64,000 nt of DNA, from NCBI GenBank assembly GCA_963664705.1, contig OY761556.1:1856001-1920000 (forward strand), in the 5' to 3' direction. The position numbers and the translations under genes are program-made. The notes beneath the pieces are model-generated. The model did not search any database, was not told where the DNA came from, and was given only the letters and a program-made list of their open reading frames with translations. Below are positions 59,566-64,000 of the stretch, one piece after another; the first letter of the stretch is position 1; every line of letters starts with the position of its first letter. The DNA comes from Acidobacteriota bacterium. Lineage in GTDB: Bacteria > Acidobacteriota > UBA6911.

Positions 59566-60399
59566 ATGACCCTGGAAGAAAAAGAAAAACAATTAGAGCA
59601 AATGCTTAAGAGTGTTGCGCCTGTCATCGTTGCCTACAGCGGCGGTGTTGACAGTTCCTACCTTGCCTACAAGGCGCACCAGGTTTTGGGCGATCGCGCA
59701 TTGGCCGTGACGGCGGAGAGCGCTTCGGTGCCATCCAGCCAGAGAAAAATGGCCGCGCAAGTTGTGAACCAATTCGGGATTCCGCATAAAATTGTTCATT
59801 CGAAGGAAATAGAGAATCCTCTATACAGTGCCAACCCGACCAACCGTTGCTACTACTGCAAAGACGAGGTTTATACTATCCTGCGATCCGTTGCCGGCGA
59901 GTTGGGAAATGCTACCATTCTAGATGGGTTGAATTCCGATGATACCGGTGATTTCCGTCCGGGCAGAATCGCCGGGAAAGAGCACAGCGTTCGCAGTCCG
60001 CTTCTGGAAGCGGGCCTGAACAAAAATGAAATCCGGGAGCTATCCCGCCGCGCCGGTCTTCCCACCGCGGATATGCCTGCTTCGGCTTGCCTGTCTTCCC
60101 GTTTTCCCTATGGAGTCCACATAACGGAAGAGAAGCTGAAGATTGTGGATCAGGGAGAAGAAACCCTGCGCGAAATGGGTTTCCAGGTATTCCGCGTGCG
60201 GTACCACGAAAACATGGTACGGCTGGAATTCGGAGCGGAAGACATGAAGAAGGTTCTGAATCCCGAAATGGCTGCTTCGTTGGCGCGGGCATTCAAGGCC
60301 TTGGGCTTCAAATATGTCGCGCTTGATCTGGAAGGGTATCGGACCGGATCCGCAAATGAAGTGCTCAGTTCCGAAGAAACCGTAAAATTCAGCGTGTAG
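59566..60399 (+). CDS. larE: LarE-family ATP-dependent sulfur transferase (PP-loop)
   Basis: VAYSGGVDS, RCYYCK, DG.N.DD..DFRPG, ACLSSRFPYG, RVRYH and DLEGYRTGS motifs. Confidence 0.93.
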   Translation: MTLEEKEKQLEQMLKSVAPVIVAYSGGVDSSYLAYKAHQVLGDRALAVTAESASVPSSQRKMAAQVVNQFGIPHKIVHSKEIENPLYSANPTNRCYYCKDEVYTILRSVAGELGNATILDGLNSDDTGDFRPGRIAGKEHSVRSPLLEAGLNKNEIRELSRRAGLPTADMPASACLSSRFPYGVHITEEKLKIVDQGEETLREMGFQVFRVRYHENMVRLEFGAEDMKKVLNPEMAASLARAFKALGFKYVALDLEGYRTGSANEVLSSEETVKFSV

Positions 60400-60425
60400 A
60401 CAACCACGGCCGCTGCCCCACTAAT

Positions 60426-60523
60426 AGGCGCTCCGGAATGGGAACGGTGGAGTACTGCGGGTAGCTGCCGCCTTTGAAAACCATAAACGCCGAAGGCGAT
60501 AGAAAGATACTGCACTGCGAAGG
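60426..60523. repeat. REP-like imperfect palindrome, copy 2
   Basis: Shares GCTGCCGCCTTTGAAAACCATAAA.GCCGAAGGC and its flanks with 1178-1274; lies between convergent genes. Confidence 0.8.
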
Positions 60524-60550
60524 CCGCCCGAGGTCCTGGGGTAGTTGTTC

Positions 60551-63082
60551 TCACACCACTTTGAGCACCTGCTGAACGACTTCCTTCACTTCCTCAATTT
60601 TGAAGGGCTTGGCAAGATAGCGGCTTTGATTGTCTTCAAAGAACGATCGTGTATCCATGCTTACGGTATCCCCGGTGACAAAAACGATGCGGCTCGCAAG
60701 CTTTGGACGGTTTTCCTTGATCCACCCATAGAGGTCTTTTCCGCTCATCTGCGGCATCTTGAAGTCGCTGATGACCAGGTCATATTGCGTTGTCTGTATC
60801 TTGTCCATGGCCATCCGGCCATCGCTGGCCGTGTCCACCTGCTTCGGTAGAGTGCCAAAAACCTCCACGAAGAAATCGAGTATGTATTTCTCATCATCGA
60901 CCACAAGAATCGTCTTGTCCCGGATGAGTTTATCGAATTCATAGGCGGGAGGCATGAGTTCAGCGGCAATGCTGAACTCATCCTGGAGCTTTGAAATGAC
61001 GGGGAGCTCAATGATAAACGTAGATCCCTCTCCTATGCGGCTCCGGGCGTAAATATTGCCTCCGTGCTCTTTGATCATGCCGTATGAAAGGCTCAGACCC
61101 AGCCCGGTTCCTTTGCCCACTTCCTTCGTGGTAAAGAACGGATCGAAAATCCTCGTCAGATAATTCTCCGGAATCCCAGGCCCATCGTCTTTGATTTCGA
61201 CAATCACGCGCGCATTCTGATTGTCGCTATGGGTGCGGATATGCAACTGGCCGCGTCCATGTGCTTCCAGCATGGCTTGCTCGGCATTGGTCAGAACATT
61301 GAGAAAAACCTGCTGCAGTTGATGAGCATCGGCGATGGTTTTGGGAAGGTGCCGATCCAAATCGCGGCCTATTTCGATGTTATTGACATGAAGATCATAA
61401 CTTCTCAGTTCGATTGTCTTCTCCAGGATGTCGTTAATATCCGAGAGCGTTCGTTCGGGCTTCTGTTTGCGCGCGAAGGAGAGCAGATTCTGTACAATTT
61501 TCTGGCACCGTAACGCGAGATTGTTGATCTTCAGCAGGTTCTCTTTTACGCGATCATCCAGATCCTTGCGCATCTGCAGCAATTGCGAATAACCCATTAC
61601 GCCCGTGAGAGGATTATTCAGCTCATGGGCAATGCCGGAAATCAGCTCGCCGATCGCCGACAGTTTTTCGGACTGAATGAGCTGCTGCTGAAGCAGCTTT
61701 TCATTGCTGATATCTTTGGCAACATGGATCGATCCTACCAGCCGTTTGCCCTTGTCATACCACGGGCTGACGGAAATCTGGAAAACGCCTCCCATGACAG
61801 GCAGCGTCATTTCCTCAACAAGAAGCGTTTCAGATTTCAAGGGGCGTGTGTGTCGGCAGGCACTCTGTCCGGATGTTTCGTGATTGTAAATCTCGGAACA
61901 GTACCTCCCGATCACCTTCTGCGGAATAGTATTCAACCGCCGTGCCAGAGCGACGTTGGCGCGGATGACTTTGCCGGTTGTATCATGGACCGAAACGCAG
62001 TCCTGCATGGCATCAAAGGTCGTTTCCCATTCACGCTGGCTTCGCGAAACGCGCTGGAATAGACGGGCGCTTTCCAAAGCAATGGAAGCCTGGTGGGCAA
62101 GGGTTTCGGCGCGACGAATCTCCTCTTCGGAAAATTTTCTTTCCCGCGAATCATCGCTGCAGACAAGCACTCCGATCGCCTGCTCCTTGGTCAGCAGCGG
62201 CGCGATAATCGCCGCTCGCCATCCCAGCCGTTGCATCAGCTCGCTGCTGTTGCGTCCGTCCCTCGAAATATCCTCAATGGCAATCACGCGCTTTCCCTCG
62301 AGCGCGGTAACGGCAATCGAGGCCTCCGAATAGCGGATTTTTACGCTTCGGATATCGAGGTTCTCCGTCTGGGTTGACGCAGACCCCGCGAGATACTGGT
62401 TTTCATCCTCCAGCAGGAACAGGTGGCATTGATCGGTTTTTGCCAGTCGCTTTCCCTCAACGACGATTCTTTGGATGATGTCTTCAAGATTCAGGCTCTG
62501 AGAGATGATCTTATTCAATTCCTGCATGGCCACAAGATCTTCGGAGAACTTGCTGTACTGCTCACTGAGCAGCGAGTTTGCCGAGGCAACCCCGATCATG
62601 TCGCAAAGAGCGAGAATGAATACCTCCTGGCCCGCACTGATTGCCGTTGCGCTTTTGCGCGCAAGAGATAGAAATCCTATTCGCTGATTGCCCGATTGAA
62701 TGGGATACTCGCCAAAAAACTTCAAATCGGAGGCACGCAGCGCATCCGAGAATGGACCCGGTCCCCACTTTGAAACACTTCCGGAAACCGGCGCAGGTGA
62801 AAAATGTGCGCTGTCGGTCACGCTACAACTTAATAGAGACAGAACTTGTTTGCGAAAACCCTTGCTGACAACCGCGCCATCCGCTTCCTGAATCGACGGT
62901 ATTCGAAACATCCCGGCATCGATCTTCACGATTTCCCGCAAGGCATCAAGCGCCGCGGAAAGGATGACGCGGAGATTCGTGGATCGGCCAATCAATGACG
63001 AGATCTTTCTGAGGGCCTCTGTTTCGTTTGTCTTGGGCTTGGAACTCGGTCGAGCAGATTTCTTTACAGAGGTGATTGCCAC
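60551..63082 (-). CDS. Cytoplasmic hybrid sensor histidine kinase (GAF-GAF-PAS-HisKA-HATPase-REC)
   Basis: Two GAF-like segments, WE.TFDAM PAS, GIAHELNNPL, DDGPGI, GKGTGLGLS and C-terminal REC (VVDDE, D.KMP, KPF). Confidence 0.93.
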   Translation of the reverse strand: MAITSVKKSARPSSKPKTNETEALRKISSLIGRSTNLRVILSAALDALREIVKIDAGMFRIPSIQEADGAVVSKGFRKQVLSLLSCSVTDSAHFSPAPVSGSVSKWGPGPFSDALRASDLKFFGEYPIQSGNQRIGFLSLARKSATAISAGQEVFILALCDMIGVASANSLLSEQYSKFSEDLVAMQELNKIISQSLNLEDIIQRIVVEGKRLAKTDQCHLFLLEDENQYLAGSASTQTENLDIRSVKIRYSEASIAVTALEGKRVIAIEDISRDGRNSSELMQRLGWRAAIIAPLLTKEQAIGVLVCSDDSRERKFSEEEIRRAETLAHQASIALESARLFQRVSRSQREWETTFDAMQDCVSVHDTTGKVIRANVALARRLNTIPQKVIGRYCSEIYNHETSGQSACRHTRPLKSETLLVEEMTLPVMGGVFQISVSPWYDKGKRLVGSIHVAKDISNEKLLQQQLIQSEKLSAIGELISGIAHELNNPLTGVMGYSQLLQMRKDLDDRVKENLLKINNLALRCQKIVQNLLSFARKQKPERTLSDINDILEKTIELRSYDLHVNNIEIGRDLDRHLPKTIADAHQLQQVFLNVLTNAEQAMLEAHGRGQLHIRTHSDNQNARVIVEIKDDGPGIPENYLTRIFDPFFTTKEVGKGTGLGLSLSYGMIKEHGGNIYARSRIGEGSTFIIELPVISKLQDEFSIAAELMPPAYEFDKLIRDKTILVVDDEKYILDFFVEVFGTLPKQVDTASDGRMAMDKIQTTQYDLVISDFKMPQMSGKDLYGWIKENRPKLASRIVFVTGDTVSMDTRSFFEDNQSRYLAKPFKIEEVKEVVQQVLKVV

Positions 63083-63282
63083 AGAAGTAATCCCTTCTCA
63101 AATCATTGACAGGATGCGGTTCGATGGAATGGAAATTATAAAAATAAGAAAGAATAAACGCCAGCGAAAAGGGGAGGAGCGGGGAGACACAAGTAGCAAG
63201 TCGGGACACATAGGGTTCATCTGAACGTTGTGCCGGCTTGAAACCAGGCTTCCCGTGCGGCCCCTCCTGCCTAATGCTTTTC

Positions 63283-64000
63283 TTACTTCTTTGTCAGCTC
63301 CGCTTTCGGAGCATAATAGCCGCGGCGATAGCGCGCCGTAATGTTTGGGGCGCCATTCAGCTCGATTTTCACGCGCCGGAAAGAGCCGTCACGTGCGGCA
63401 TTGCCGGAAAAATACGCAAGGCTGTACTGGCTTCTGAGATCAGTGGCGATCTCGGTAACGATCGAGTGTATATCGGTGAGCCGCGAGGGGAAAAATGCCT
63501 TCCCACCGGTTTCTTCCGCAATTTTGGTCAGCGCGTCGCGCGCCTTCTCGGGAGCACTTTTGGACCACTTGCCGAAAAATCCCTTGTCGGGAATCTCATC
63601 GAGGAAACCAACGCTGAAGACCTGAACATCCGATTCCTGGACTTTAGCCAGGAGTTCGTCAAGCTTGTAGTAGCTGTCCCTGTCCTCGCCATCCGTAATC
63701 ACCACGACCGCTTTTTTGGGCTTGGAACCGGTGTGTGCCTTCTGAACCCCAAGATAAATGGAATCATAGAGTGCTGTTCCGCCGGTTACGATAGTGTTCT
63801 CGAAAGCATCGGTAATCTCATCGATGTCGCTGGTGTAGTCCTGCAACAGTTCCACTTCGTCGTTAAAGCCGATAAGAAACACCTGATCCTTCGGATTGCT
63901 TGCTCGAATGAAAGCCAGGGCTGCTTTCCGCACCTGGTCGATTTTGCCCTTCATGCTCCCACTGAGGTCGATAAGAATGCCCATACTGACAGGAACGTCT
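63283..64000 (-). CDS. VWFA-related acidobacterial domain protein (5'-truncated by window edge)
   Basis: MIDAS DLSGS, GGTALYDS, ITDGED and LRSQYSL.Y..DGSFRR..RRGYY motifs. Confidence 0.9.
   Translation of the reverse strand, partial: DVPVSMGILIDLSGSMKGKIDQVRKAALAFIRASNPKDQVFLIGFNDEVELLQDYTSDIDEITDAFENTIVTGGTALYDSIYLGVQKAHTGSKPKKAVVVITDGEDRDSYYKLDELLAKVQESDVQVFSVGFLDEIPDKGFFGKWSKSAPEKARDALTKIAEETGGKAFFPSRLTDIHSIVTEIATDLRSQYSLAYFSGNAARDGSFRRVKIELNGAPNITARYRRGYYAPKAELTKK

Overview
About 64 kb of bacterial chromosome, most likely Acidobacteriota. This is inferred from three acidobacterial-type VWFA-related genes, several secreted beta-propeller proteins and a TonB-C protein. The window holds about 53 CDSs and one tRNA-Asp(GTC). 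I found no CRISPR array, integrase, transposase or phage genes. The right half is largely housekeeping: carB, ccsA-hemA-hemC-hemD, S2P-scpA-scpB-rluB-ribE, plsC, metG and larE. The most interesting part is 19.9-41.7 kb, where three uncharacterised modules sit together: (i) two secreted PQQ-like propellers, an NHL propeller with a vicinal GCCNP motif, a Tat-exported 16-Cys ferredoxin and a NapH-like membrane polyferredoxin; (ii) two more PQQ-like propellers, a CGSC-motif GT4 glycosyltransferase, a LolD-like ATPase, a 1126-aa FtsX/MacB-type permease and a Gfo/Idh/MocA oxidoreductase; (iii) a Tat FAD oxidoreductase and a NapH-NapG-like fusion. My inference is that these form a periplasmic redox/cofactor system. 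Other oddities are an M16 peptidase lacking HxxEH, a LysW-like protein lacking EDWGE next to a degenerate HAD and a CxxC-type LarE, a ~98-bp REP-like palindrome present twice 59 kb apart, and candidate leaderless genes. All calls come from reading motifs by eye; no database search was run.
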